DNA of 64,000 nt from Acidobacteriota bacterium (lineage in GTDB: Bacteria > Bacteroidota > Ignavibacteria > UBA10030 > UBA8401): assembly GCA_050258555.1 (NCBI GenBank), contig JBLMZA010000159.1, positions 1,906 to 65,905 of the forward strand. The letters are read 5' to 3'. The translations under genes were made by a program, and so were the position numbers. The number at the start of each line of letters is the position of its first letter. Position 1 is the stretch's first letter. Positions 29,031 through 39,025 of the stretch are shown here, one piece after another. Under the pieces are notes generated by a model. The model did no database searches. It had not been told where the DNA came from and saw only the letters and a program-made list of their open reading frames with translations.

Positions 29031-32000
29031 ATGAAACACCACTTTCTCTTGAAACCCCTCATGCGATCCCTCGTCGTGCTACTCTGCGGCGTGTCGCTCG
29101 CGTTTGCCCAGCGCGGCAAAATTTCCGGAACCGTGATCGACGGCGAATCGAAAGAGCCGCTGACCGGCGTCAACATCGTGCTGAAAGGCACGACGCAGGG
29201 CGGAGCGACGGACGTCGACGGAAAATACGCCATTCTCAATGTCACGCCCGGCACCTATACGCTTGTGGCGAGCATGGTGGGATACAACCAGGTGCAGATC
29301 ACGAACGTGCGCGTGAACATCGACCGCACGACGACGATCGACATCACCATGCAGTCATCGGCCGTGCAGCTCGGAGCGGTGGTGATCGAGGCCAAGCAGC
29401 CGCCGGTCACGAAGGACAAGACCGCCACGGCATCGACCGTCGAAGGACGCGATATCGAGAAGGCGCCGGTGGAAGGCCTGCGCGAAGTGATGGAGCTCAA
29501 TGCCGGCATGCAGAAGAATCCGAACGGCACGTTCAGCCTTCGCGGCTCGGGCAGCTACGACATCAACGTGATGGTCAACGGCGTCGAACAGATGACTTCC
29601 AGCACGAGCGTGCCGGGGTTCGGCGCGCTGGGCGACAAGGCGAACAACTCGTGGAAGTACGACTTCAATCCGCTCGGCGTTCAGCAGATGGAAATCATCT
29701 CGGGCGGATTCTCGGCCGAGTACGGCAACGCCCAGGCGGGCGTCGTGAAGGTCGTGACGCGCGAAGGCGGTCCGAAGCTTCAGGGACAGATCCGCTACGA
29801 ATTCCGTCCGCCCGGACAGTATCACTGGGGCGACTACATCTACAACACGAACTCCATCGAGTGGAAGAAGTGGGGAACGATCGAAGGATGGCGGAACAAT
29901 CCCGGCATGGATTCGACATCGATCGTCAACACATATCTGAACGATCCGAAGACCGGCAAGGTCATCGATTCGCTCAACGGCCATCCGATCACGGTCGAAG
30001 AGTGGCGGCAGCTCATGCTGGCGCGCTGGATACAGAATCACACGCCGGGAGAGGATAATCAGCTCGGCGTCTACGATTACCGGAAGAACATGTATCAGCG
30101 CCTGCTCTTCAGCGTCGGCGGTCCCCTGGGCGCCGATGCGAACCTGCTGCGCTTCTTCTTTGCGGGCGAGTACCGCTACGCGCCCACGCGCATCCCGACG
30201 GCGGAGCAGGTGCAGAAGTATCAGAACTATACGCTCACGACGATCTATCAGCCGACCGCCGTGCACAAGATCCGGCTTACGGGCATTTATCAGAGCTACC
30301 GGGGCGGCATTTATTCCGGCTCGGAAGACATCCGCTGGGCCGGATACAACGGCGACTACAAGTATTATCTCGTGACCGATTCGCCGCGCGATGAATACAC
30401 CACGACGCAGAGCCTGAACTGGACGTATACGCTCAGTCCGAAATCGTTCCTCGATGTGATGGCGACGCATCAGTTCGAGAAATACATTCTGCTCGAGCAG
30501 CCCGTGCCGCAGCGCGCGGCCAACTGGCGCAACAACGTGTACAACGACCAGTGGTACATCACCGCCGGTCCGTGGGATGAGGGCTACCGCACGATCTATT
30601 CGTTCACCACATTCAACCAGCAGGACCTTCGGACGCACCAGTACAATCTGACTGCCGACTTCACCAATCAGTTCACGGCCTCGCACGATGTGAAGATGGG
30701 CTTCCGCGCCACCTACTGGGACATGCACAACAGCGCCGTGTATTCGAGCTTCGCCTCGAACGCCTTCATCTCGCGCACGGGCTATGCGGAATACTACAAG
30801 GCCTATCCGCGCTACATCGCCGGCTATGTGCAGGACAAGATGGAATTCGAGGGCCTCGTGGCGAACGTCGGCGTCCGTGTGGACGCCTACAACATGAATT
30901 CGCCGATGCCTGTCGACCGGTTCGACCCGTTCTACATCGCCGTTGGATCCGAAGCGATCGGAAATCCCGAGACCACAACGCCCGAAACATGGGTGCGCGT
31001 GTCGCCTCGTCTCGGACTCTCGTTTCCGATCGGGGAGATGACGGCCTTCCGCCTGCAGTACGGTCACTTCTCGTCGATGCCGATCTTCAGCAATGCCTAT
31101 ACGCGCACGAACGAGCTGGGCTGGGCGGCCTTCGGCAATCCGAACCTCGCGCCAAAGCGCACGATCAATTACGAGATCGGCGTGCAGCATTCGTTCGGAG
31201 GCACGCACCGTCTGGACGTGGTGGCGTATTACAACGACCGCGTGAGCCAGATCGGCGGCATCAAGATTTATTCGCCGAGCGCCGGCATCCGCCGCAACAA
31301 GCTGTATTCGAGCTACGACAACAACCAGTTCGGCGCCTCGCGCGGCATCGAAGCGACGTTCGAGAAAGTGAGCCGGGGACGCTGGACGTACCGCATCACG
31401 TATTCGCTCTCGCGCACGACATACGGCAACTACGGACCGACGAAGCTCTACTCCGACGATCCGAACGATCCGCGCAACTTCCAGGATGCGTTCGCGCCGA
31501 CCGATTATCTTTCGTATGACGACCGCACGCACACGCTGCGCACGATGCTCACATACAACGTGGAAGCGAACGAAGGCATCGAGATCTTCGGCGTGCATCC
31601 GTTCGAGCGTCTCTCGGCCAGCCTCATCTACACGGCGCAGAGCGGCTCTCCCTACACGTACGTGCCGTCGTACGACGAACTCTACAAGGCGTATACGAAC
31701 GACCAGGTCACAAACAACCGCCGCTACCCGCTTGAGGCGAAGACCGATCTCAACATCACGAAGAATCTGAACCTGTTCGGATTCGAAGCGATTCTCGGCG
31801 TGCGCATCATGAATCTGTTCGACAACCAGTGGCTCACGCCGCTTGATTACAAGACGGATCAGATGCGCAACTGGGTCGAGTACGGCATCACGATGGACCG
31901 TCCGATCACGATCAATAATTTCGATGCGAACAAGAATCCGGTCGTGGATTATTCGCAGCAGATCTACAAACTCAATTTCTTCCGCGCATACCGCAACATG

Positions 32001-32039
32001 CCGCGGCAGGTCTTCTTCACGCTGGGATTCAACTTCTAA
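29031..32039 (+). CDS. TonB-dependent receptor with N-terminal carboxypeptidase-like regulatory domain
   Basis: GKISGTVID...GTYTLVASMVGY; plug LRG...GGFSAEYGNAQAGVV; C-terminal PRQVFFTLGFNF. Confidence 0.93.
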   Translation: MKHHFLLKPLMRSLVVLLCGVSLAFAQRGKISGTVIDGESKEPLTGVNIVLKGTTQGGATDVDGKYAILNVTPGTYTLVASMVGYNQVQITNVRVNIDRTTTIDITMQSSAVQLGAVVIEAKQPPVTKDKTATASTVEGRDIEKAPVEGLREVMELNAGMQKNPNGTFSLRGSGSYDINVMVNGVEQMTSSTSVPGFGALGDKANNSWKYDFNPLGVQQMEIISGGFSAEYGNAQAGVVKVVTREGGPKLQGQIRYEFRPPGQYHWGDYIYNTNSIEWKKWGTIEGWRNNPGMDSTSIVNTYLNDPKTGKVIDSLNGHPITVEEWRQLMLARWIQNHTPGEDNQLGVYDYRKNMYQRLLFSVGGPLGADANLLRFFFAGEYRYAPTRIPTAEQVQKYQNYTLTTIYQPTAVHKIRLTGIYQSYRGGIYSGSEDIRWAGYNGDYKYYLVTDSPRDEYTTTQSLNWTYTLSPKSFLDVMATHQFEKYILLEQPVPQRAANWRNNVYNDQWYITAGPWDEGYRTIYSFTTFNQQDLRTHQYNLTADFTNQFTASHDVKMGFRATYWDMHNSAVYSSFASNAFISRTGYAEYYKAYPRYIAGYVQDKMEFEGLVANVGVRVDAYNMNSPMPVDRFDPFYIAVGSEAIGNPETTTPETWVRVSPRLGLSFPIGEMTAFRLQYGHFSSMPIFSNAYTRTNELGWAAFGNPNLAPKRTINYEIGVQHSFGGTHRLDVVAYYNDRVSQIGGIKIYSPSAGIRRNKLYSSYDNNQFGASRGIEATFEKVSRGRWTYRITYSLSRTTYGNYGPTKLYSDDPNDPRNFQDAFAPTDYLSYDDRTHTLRTMLTYNVEANEGIEIFGVHPFERLSASLIYTAQSGSPYTYVPSYDELYKAYTNDQVTNNRRYPLEAKTDLNITKNLNLFGFEAILGVRIMNLFDNQWLTPLDYKTDQMRNWVEYGITMDRPITINNFDANKNPVVDYSQQIYKLNFFRAYRNMPRQVFFTLGFNF

Positions 32040-32052
32040 TATCATCATACAC

Positions 32053-34116
32053 ATGGCGACACGAAACGACAACATGGAACACATGCGGCTTCTGCGCAGG
32101 ATCGCCCTGCGTGCAGCGCTTGCGCTGACGGCGCTGATGGTCTGCGGCGAGATCGCACCGGCACAGGTCGACGGACCGCTCATCAGCCTGCGCCGCGGCA
32201 TGCTCTGGAATTCCTATTATTACGGAAAGGAGGCCGCGCCGTTTTCGAACTGGTCGCGCCTCAACTACGGCCTCGACTGGCCGGGATTCGATCCGGAATG
32301 GATCGGCGCCAATATCGGAGGCGCAAACAGCTACATGACCTCCGGCGGCATGTGGGTGGGCGCGAAGGACGACTCCGGGAAGATCATCGCGATCGAAGAC
32401 TGGGCGATGTATGCCGGAACGGTGACCGTTGAGAACTCGGCGAAGTACAAGGTGAAAAAGCACATGCGCCGATGGAAAAACGGAGAGAACTTCTGGAACC
32501 AGGCCGATCCGGCCGAAGCGCAGGACGTGATCGATACGGAATGGGAAATGAATCCGAGTTATGTGCCGACGTATGTGGGCGACCGGCAGCTTCCGCTGAA
32601 CGTGAAGCGCACCGTGCGCCAGAACGCCGGCTCGAAGGACGACGAGAACTACATCACGACCGAATACGTGCTGCGCAACGTGAGCGACACGCTTGCGATC
32701 AAAGAGATGTACCTGATGATCACGTACGCGCTCGGCGCCAACTCGCGCGGCTGGAACACGCTCTTTGCGAACTTCAACCAGGGACCGCGCAACAACCGCT
32801 TCGTCTACAATCCGAGCGAGAAAAGCATCGTCGGCTACGCCGAGGATTATCCCGAGACGCCGAGCGTGAACGAGAAGTACGATTATTATCCCGTCGGCGG
32901 TCCGACAGGCAAGGGCGAGTTTCTCGCTCCGGGCTATGTCGGCTTCCGGCTGCTTTACAGCTCTCCCGATTCGACCGGCACCGCGACGCGCGTCTCGAAC
33001 TACGCCTGGAGCGCCGTTCCCGATCAGCAGGATCTCTACGGTCCGTTCGGCTCGGCCAGCATGGGAACGGAAGCCCGGTATGAAGTGATCAAGGATCCGA
33101 TGAAGGCCACCGAAGCATTCAAATCGCCGACCGATACGCGCATGACACGCCGCCGCGTCTGGTCGATGATGACGCTCGGACCGTTCCGCCTGAAGAAGGG
33201 CGACTCGGTGCGCGTGGTGGTGGGAGAATACGTGGCCGGCGGTCCCTATGCCGTGGCGGTGAATCCGACTTCGACAGCCGGCGTCATCGGAACGGAGGCG
33301 ACGAAGGCCCTGACGGCCATCGGCAAGCGCATCAAGATCGCCGCCGACAACAAATTCCGGGTTCCTCGTCCGCCTGCATCGCCCGAGTTCACGCTGCAGC
33401 TCGGCGCCGATCCGAAGCAGGTGTCGAATATCCTGAAGTGGAAGACCGATGTCGAAGCGCTTCCCGATCCCGATTATACGGGCAGCGAGCGCTTCGATCT
33501 TGCCGGCTACCGCATCTACCGGTCGGGATATCTTCCGCTCGGACCGTGGATGCTCGTTGCCGAGATTAAAAAGGGAGACGGCCGCTATCTGACCGGAGGT
33601 CAGTACACGTATGTCGATACGTCCGTGGCGATCGGCACGTCGTACTATTATGCGATCACATCGTACGACTCGGCGCATGCCGTCTGGCCGGTGAATCCGG
33701 CGGCGTTTCCCGGAGGCGTGCCGTCCCAGGAATCGTCCATCTACGCATCGCTCTATGCGAAGAGCTCGCTCAATCAGAACCTCGTCGTGTCGCCGTTCAA
33801 GACGACCATCCCCGCGGCGCAGGATTATTCGAACATTCTCGTCGTGCCGAATCCGTTCGTGCTCCAGTCGGGTTCCGTGATGCCGAGCGACAAAAGCTAT
33901 ATCCAGTTCATCAATGTTCCGAGTCCCTGCACGATCCGCATCTATACGATGCGCGGCGATCTGGTCAAGACCATTCCTCACGACGACGGATCCGGCATTG
34001 CGCTGTGGAACCAGCAGACCGATTACGGCCAGTTCGTCGGAAGCGGCGTCTACATCTACCACATCGAGTCGCCGGGCGGCAAAACAAAAACGGGTAAACT
34101 CGCCATCGTGCGCTGA
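32053..34116 (+). CDS. Secreted protein of unknown function with Fn3-like domain and atypical C-terminal sorting-like domain
   Basis: Signal peptide; DLAGYRIYRS...YYYAITSYD Fn3-like segment; C-terminal VVPNPF...CTIRIYTMRGDLVK...GSGVYIYHI...GKLAIVR. Confidence 0.75.
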   Translation: MATRNDNMEHMRLLRRIALRAALALTALMVCGEIAPAQVDGPLISLRRGMLWNSYYYGKEAAPFSNWSRLNYGLDWPGFDPEWIGANIGGANSYMTSGGMWVGAKDDSGKIIAIEDWAMYAGTVTVENSAKYKVKKHMRRWKNGENFWNQADPAEAQDVIDTEWEMNPSYVPTYVGDRQLPLNVKRTVRQNAGSKDDENYITTEYVLRNVSDTLAIKEMYLMITYALGANSRGWNTLFANFNQGPRNNRFVYNPSEKSIVGYAEDYPETPSVNEKYDYYPVGGPTGKGEFLAPGYVGFRLLYSSPDSTGTATRVSNYAWSAVPDQQDLYGPFGSASMGTEARYEVIKDPMKATEAFKSPTDTRMTRRRVWSMMTLGPFRLKKGDSVRVVVGEYVAGGPYAVAVNPTSTAGVIGTEATKALTAIGKRIKIAADNKFRVPRPPASPEFTLQLGADPKQVSNILKWKTDVEALPDPDYTGSERFDLAGYRIYRSGYLPLGPWMLVAEIKKGDGRYLTGGQYTYVDTSVAIGTSYYYAITSYDSAHAVWPVNPAAFPGGVPSQESSIYASLYAKSSLNQNLVVSPFKTTIPAAQDYSNILVVPNPFVLQSGSVMPSDKSYIQFINVPSPCTIRIYTMRGDLVKTIPHDDGSGIALWNQQTDYGQFVGSGVYIYHIESPGGKTKTGKLAIVR

Positions 34117-34137
34117 GAGAGGCAACAATCGACCACT

Positions 34138-35085
34138 ATGAAAACTGAAAAATTCATTCTACTGCTGATCTGCCTGATGTGCTGCGCGAATGCATCATGG
34201 GGACAGAATAATTTCAAGAAGATCGGAACAGCGGGGTATGTGTTCCTGGAAATTCCCGTGACGGCCCGCGGTGCGGCCATGGGCGAAGCCACGCTCACGA
34301 CGCTGCAGGGCGCGCTGAGCGTCTTCGACAACCCCGCGGCAACGGGACTGAACACCGACCGCCATTCATTCGGCGCCTCGTTCGCGGACTGGTTTGCCGA
34401 GACGCAGCACAAGGCCGCCGCGTATTCCTATAACGGCGCCGATCTCGGCGTCTTCACCGTCTCGGCGGTGCAGCTCGACTACGGCACCATGCAGGGCACG
34501 ATCAGCCCGAGCGCCGACGCGACAGGTTCGTACATCATCACCGACGATTTCTCGGCGGACGGTCTTGCGCTCGGCGTGTCGTATGCGCGGCAGATGACGG
34601 ACAAATTTTCGTTCGGCGCGACGGTCAAGTATGTGCGCGAGAAGATTTCGGTTTACAAGTCGGACAACATGCTTTTCGATGCCGGCATCTACTACAGCAC
34701 AGGATATCATTCGCTCCGCATCGGCGGCGCGCTGAAAAATTTCGGCGTCGATGCGAAGTATCTGCAGGGCCTCTTCAAAATGCCGACGGAATTCCGGCTC
34801 GGGGCGTCGATGGATGCATTCGGCAGCGAGGCGAGCGATCATCGCCTGACCCTGGCGGTCGAAGCCACGCATCCGAGCGACAACGACGAACGGTTCAACG
34901 TCGGCGGCGAATACTGGTTCCAGAATTTCGTCGCCCTCAGGGGCGGATACAAATTCAATTACGACGAAGAGAAATGGACCGCCGGCGCCGGAGTCCGGTG
35001 GTCGGGACTCACGCTCGATGCGGCCTACGCCTCCTATGGACGGCTCGGCACGGTCGTCCGGTTTTCGCTCTCGGCGGGCATCTGA
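34138..35085 (+). CDS. PorV/PorQ family outer-membrane protein
   Basis: GTAGYVFLEIPVTARGAAMGEA, SVFDNPAA, YARQMTDKFSFG, ALRGGY, ends FSLSAGI. Confidence 0.88.
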   Translation: MKTEKFILLLICLMCCANASWGQNNFKKIGTAGYVFLEIPVTARGAAMGEATLTTLQGALSVFDNPAATGLNTDRHSFGASFADWFAETQHKAAAYSYNGADLGVFTVSAVQLDYGTMQGTISPSADATGSYIITDDFSADGLALGVSYARQMTDKFSFGATVKYVREKISVYKSDNMLFDAGIYYSTGYHSLRIGGALKNFGVDAKYLQGLFKMPTEFRLGASMDAFGSEASDHRLTLAVEATHPSDNDERFNVGGEYWFQNFVALRGGYKFNYDEEKWTAGAGVRWSGLTLDAAYASYGRLGTVVRFSLSAGI

Positions 35086-35117
35086 TGCCAATCACTCAAC
35101 TGATATCACTCTTACGT

Positions 35118-35978
35118 ATGAAAACTCGCGTTTTGATCTTGACACTCCTGTGCGCTGCAGCCGTGACGGCGGCATCGGCACAGGAACAGCAGAAAATGTT
35201 TTCACTGAAGACGCTCACGGCAACCGGACAGGCGCTGTTTGGCGTCAGTCCCCGCTCGACGTTCCAATCGGGCAGCACGGGCATCGGCGGGGGAGCCGAA
35301 GCTCGTCTCCATCTGACAGGACCGATATCGCTCAGCCTTGAAGGCGGCTATCAGGACTATACGATCAAGCAGAAGAGTCCGGTCACCAACTGGAACTGGG
35401 TTTACTGGCAGAAATATTACCGCAGCTACATCAACACCGACTGGCTGGGTTCCTATTCCTATTTCAACGGCACGCGCGTGAGGACTTCGACGCTCACCGA
35501 CGACCAGATCGTTTCGGGCACGCCGATCGTCCGCGAAGACAGCATCTATCAGGCCACGTTCAAGGCCGTGCAGACGATGAGCGTCATTCCGCTCGGCATC
35601 TCGGTCAATGCCGAAATTCCGGTCAACGCATGGCTCGTCCCGTTTGTGGGAGCCGGCGCGAGCGTCTATCTGTACGAGCGCACCATGTATCTTGACGAGC
35701 ACTGGACAAAGCGCGCCAGGCCCGATGCCGGCATCGACAGCGGCCGCGTCTACCCGTTTGAATATGATTTCCGGAATTTTGCGACGCCGATCAGGGGAGA
35801 GGTCTATGCCGTCTCGGCAAAAGCAGGAGCCGATCTGCTCGTCTCGCGTCTGATCGGGTTCCGTTTCACGGCGCAGTATCAGGGCATCATCGATGCCGCA
35901 GGCGGCGCCTCTGCCGCCAGGAATTTCCCGTTCCGCGGCACCTTTGCCGCCACACTGGGACTCGTCATACGCTACTGA
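35118..35978 (+). CDS. Outer-membrane beta-barrel protein with a long inserted loop (start may be 35085)
   Basis: Signal peptide, amphipathic strands (VPFVGAGASVY), C-terminal GLVIRY. Confidence 0.7.
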   Translation: MKTRVLILTLLCAAAVTAASAQEQQKMFSLKTLTATGQALFGVSPRSTFQSGSTGIGGGAEARLHLTGPISLSLEGGYQDYTIKQKSPVTNWNWVYWQKYYRSYINTDWLGSYSYFNGTRVRTSTLTDDQIVSGTPIVREDSIYQATFKAVQTMSVIPLGISVNAEIPVNAWLVPFVGAGASVYLYERTMYLDEHWTKRARPDAGIDSGRVYPFEYDFRNFATPIRGEVYAVSAKAGADLLVSRLIGFRFTAQYQGIIDAAGGASAARNFPFRGTFAATLGLVIRY

Positions 35979-36049
35979 GAGTTGTTATTCTGCGGGGCCA
36001 AGCGCGCAGCTTCGCCCTCGACACTGTGCACACATAAATTCTGATTGCC

Positions 36050-36682
36050 ATGAATAAACGATTGTTCATCATCCTTTTCCTGCTTTGTTCCTTCACCTCC
36101 GCGCATGCGCAGACCGCAGGCAGTTATTACGTCGCGGCGCGCGGCATGTATTCCGCGCCCATCGGTTCGCTTGGCGACTGGTTCAAGCCCGCCACAGGCG
36201 TGCAGATCGCCTTCGGCACGCGCAGCGAATCGGATCTCACATGGGAATTCAACGCCGAAATGATGACCTATTCGAAGCCGAATACGGGCAAATTGTATTA
36301 TCCCGATCTCGATCTGAAGCTCGAGCTGTTCGGCCTTGGCGCCCAGGTCGATTACGCGATCACCACTCAGTCCATGGTGACGCCCTACGTCACGGCAGGC
36401 GCGGCGTTCTACCGATGGCTGGGCACGCGCGGTCGGCATGCGCTCGACTCGGCGCAGACGCAGATCGTATGGGAATTGAAGCAGAACGACTGGAGCGCGG
36501 GATTCAATGCCGGTATCGGCGTCAATGTCGCCGTCACATCGGCGCTCTCAATCGACGCATCGGCACGCTATCACATCGTCAACGGCGAACTCTGGCCGGC
36601 GCTTGCTCTTCGGCTCGAGAATGTCAGCGGATTCCAGTCGCTTCGGACCTCCGTCGGCCTCAAATACGAATTCGAATTCTGA
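36050..36682 (+). CDS. Outer-membrane beta-barrel protein (OmpA-TM-like)
   Basis: Signal peptide, TPYVTAGAAFY, GFNAGIGV, C-terminal GLKYEFEF. Confidence 0.75.
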   Translation: MNKRLFIILFLLCSFTSAHAQTAGSYYVAARGMYSAPIGSLGDWFKPATGVQIAFGTRSESDLTWEFNAEMMTYSKPNTGKLYYPDLDLKLELFGLGAQVDYAITTQSMVTPYVTAGAAFYRWLGTRGRHALDSAQTQIVWELKQNDWSAGFNAGIGVNVAVTSALSIDASARYHIVNGELWPALALRLENVSGFQSLRTSVGLKYEFEF

Positions 36683-36743
36683 TCCGGCATCCGGACCTCG
36701 GCGCAGCAAGAGGCGCCGTCGGGCTCAGTTGGAGAAGATGCAT

Positions 36744-36780
36744 AACGGCTTCCTGAAAGAGAAGAAGGGAAGCCGTTTTT
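36744..36780 (+). terminator. Intrinsic terminator closing the TonB-receptor locus
   Basis: AACGGCTTCC-N14-GGAAGCCGTT-TTT. Confidence 0.7.
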
Positions 36781-36869
36781 CATGTACATTTTTTCTCTAT
36801 GAAGTCTCGCCCGTATTTCGTATTTTTTAAAAAGATTATCAAACATCATAGAACGGACTTTGATCATTC

Positions 36870-38015
36870 ATGCTCACACCCATCGTAGAACCGGAGCAAA
36901 GTGCCATTCTGATTGTCGATGACGAAGACGCCAATGCGGGTGCCATCAGCGCCATTTTGTGTCATGAAGGATTCAAAACCTTTTCAGCCGGCACCGGCAT
37001 GGAGGCGCTTGCGATCCTTGCCGGCGAACAGGTGGATCTGGTGCTGCTCGATATCGTACTGCCGGATATCGACGGATTCGAGGTGCTGGCGCGCCTGAGA
37101 GCGGTTCCGCGGACGAAAGAAACTGCGGTCATCTTCCTGAGCGGAAACATGCGCGATCCTGCATCGATCGAGAAGGGATTCAGTCTCGGCGTCAACGAGT
37201 ATCTGGTGAAACCCATCGAGCCGGCGGAACTTCTGGTCCGTGTCCGGTCACTGCTGCGCCTGCGGTACGCCGAAAAGCGATGGCGCCAGCTCAACGCCGA
37301 TTTCATATCGATGCTTGTGCACGATCTGAGAGGTCCGCTGACCGCCGTGCATGCCTTCACGCGGCTGATGAACGAGGATGCCGAACTGACCGAGGCCGCG
37401 CGCAGCGAAATGCTCCGTCTGATGGACAGTTCATGCAACCACATGCTGGACATCATCAACGACATTCTGGACCTGTCGAAGCTTGAAGCGGATTACGTGC
37501 GGCTCAACACCACCGACATCGATCTGCGGAAAATCGTAAACGAGACCATCGGCCGCATGAAGCCGCTCGCGCTGAAAAAGTCGATACATGTTTCCACCGA
37601 ATACATCGATGCGGCGCGCCTTGTGAAAGCCGATCCGAAGAAACTCGAGCAGGTGATGGAGAACCTGATCGGCAACGCCATAAAATTCACCGCAAGCGAA
37701 GGAAGCATCGCCATTACCGTCCGGTTTGCGGCCGGCCCGGAGGATCTGCCCGATACGCCCGTGACGTTTTTCCCGTCGATGGTGGTTTCTGTCGCCGACA
37801 CCGGAGCGGGCATACCGGACGAGGACCAGCATCTGCTCTTCGACAAGTACCGGCAGGTGAAGACGGACAAATTGCGGACGGAAAAGGGAACCGGCCTCGG
37901 ACTGGCAATCTGCAAAAAGATCATCGAAGCTCATGACGGCCAGATCTGGCTCAGAAGCAAAGTCGATGTGGGAACCACCATCTTCTTTGCGCTGCCGATC
38001 GGCGACGGTCAATAG
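36870..38015 (+). CDS. Hybrid response regulator-histidine kinase (REC-HisKA-HATPase)
   Basis: LIVDD, LLDIVLPDIDG, YLVKP; H-box LVHDLRGPL; N-box LIGNAIKF; DTGAGI; GTGLGLAIC. Confidence 0.92.
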   Translation: MLTPIVEPEQSAILIVDDEDANAGAISAILCHEGFKTFSAGTGMEALAILAGEQVDLVLLDIVLPDIDGFEVLARLRAVPRTKETAVIFLSGNMRDPASIEKGFSLGVNEYLVKPIEPAELLVRVRSLLRLRYAEKRWRQLNADFISMLVHDLRGPLTAVHAFTRLMNEDAELTEAARSEMLRLMDSSCNHMLDIINDILDLSKLEADYVRLNTTDIDLRKIVNETIGRMKPLALKKSIHVSTEYIDAARLVKADPKKLEQVMENLIGNAIKFTASEGSIAITVRFAAGPEDLPDTPVTFFPSMVVSVADTGAGIPDEDQHLLFDKYRQVKTDKLRTEKGTGLGLAICKKIIEAHDGQIWLRSKVDVGTTIFFALPIGDGQ

Positions 38016-38092
38016 CATGCCGTTCAACCTTTGCAATGCGATGCCGGCCGATACGGCGCCGGCGCACACTCATCACTCTTCAATTATCAATT

Positions 38093-39004
38093 ATGATTTC
38101 GTTTATTGTTCATGGCGGTGCATGGGATATCCCCGATAACCTGCTGGAAGCGCATCGCAGCGGCGTTTCGCGCGCACTGCAGATCGGATGGGAACTGTTG
38201 TCGGGCGGAGCAAGCGCCGTCGATGCCGTCGAAAAGGCCATCAATTATCTTGAAGACGATCCGACGTTCGATGCGGGACGCGGATCGTTCGTGAACGCCG
38301 CGGGTGAAATCGAGCTCGATGCGAGCATCATGAACGGTTCCACATACCGCTGCGGCGCCGTGGCATCCGTCCAGAATATCCGCTATCCCATTTCTCTCGC
38401 CCGTCTGGTGATGGACCGGAGCGAGCATGTGCTTCTTTCAGGGAAAGGGGCCGTGCAGTTCGGAGCGGAAAACGGCATCGCGCAATGCTCGAGCGACGAC
38501 CTGCTGGTGGGGCGCGAGCTCGAGCGGTGGAAAGAACTGCTGAAGCAGAAAAACTATTCGACGAAAGATTCGTTCCGGAAAAGAACGGACCTGCCGTCCG
38601 ACACCGTCGGCTGCATCGCCATCGATGCGAACGGCGTGCTTGCAGCCGGCACATCGACCGGCGGCACGCCGAACAAATATCCGGGCCGCGTGGGCGATTC
38701 GCCTCTGATCGGATGCGGCACCTATGCAGACAGCGCCATCGGCGGCGTCTCGTGCACGGGCTGGGGCGAGGCGATCATCAAGGTCGTGCTTGCCAAGACC
38801 ATTGTGGGACTGCTTGAAGTCAACGGCGGCAATGTCCAGGCTGCGGCCGACGAGGGCATCGCCCGGCTCGAGAAGAAGGCGGAAGGCTTCGGCGGCGTGA
38901 TCGTGCTCAACAGCAAGGGAGAACCCGCCTTTTCCTATAACACGCCGCGAATGGCGCGCGCCTACCGGACGGCATCGATGAGCGATGCGTATGCGGAAGT
39001 GTAA
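38093..39004 (+). CDS. Isoaspartyl peptidase/L-asparaginase (Ntn hydrolase)
   Basis: VHGGAW, LEDDPTFDAG, ELDASIM, nucleophile in DTVGCIA, GRVGDSP, TGWGE. Confidence 0.92.
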   Translation: MISFIVHGGAWDIPDNLLEAHRSGVSRALQIGWELLSGGASAVDAVEKAINYLEDDPTFDAGRGSFVNAAGEIELDASIMNGSTYRCGAVASVQNIRYPISLARLVMDRSEHVLLSGKGAVQFGAENGIAQCSSDDLLVGRELERWKELLKQKNYSTKDSFRKRTDLPSDTVGCIAIDANGVLAAGTSTGGTPNKYPGRVGDSPLIGCGTYADSAIGGVSCTGWGEAIIKVVLAKTIVGLLEVNGGNVQAAADEGIARLEKKAEGFGGVIVLNSKGEPAFSYNTPRMARAYRTASMSDAYAEV

Positions 39005-39025
39005 GAAGAGGGGACCGGACAACGC

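Noticed and set aside
29355-34128. Very long antisense ORFs (948 aa and 699 aa) opposite the TonB receptor and cargo genes
   Set aside because: Shadow ORFs expected from high GC3 codon bias; Arg/Val/Asp-rich with no motifs.
35994-36017. GGGGCCAAGCGCGCAGCTTCGCCCT, a possible degenerate REP copy
   Set aside because: Several mismatches and a broken stem; it could be chance in GC-rich DNA, so it is not counted.
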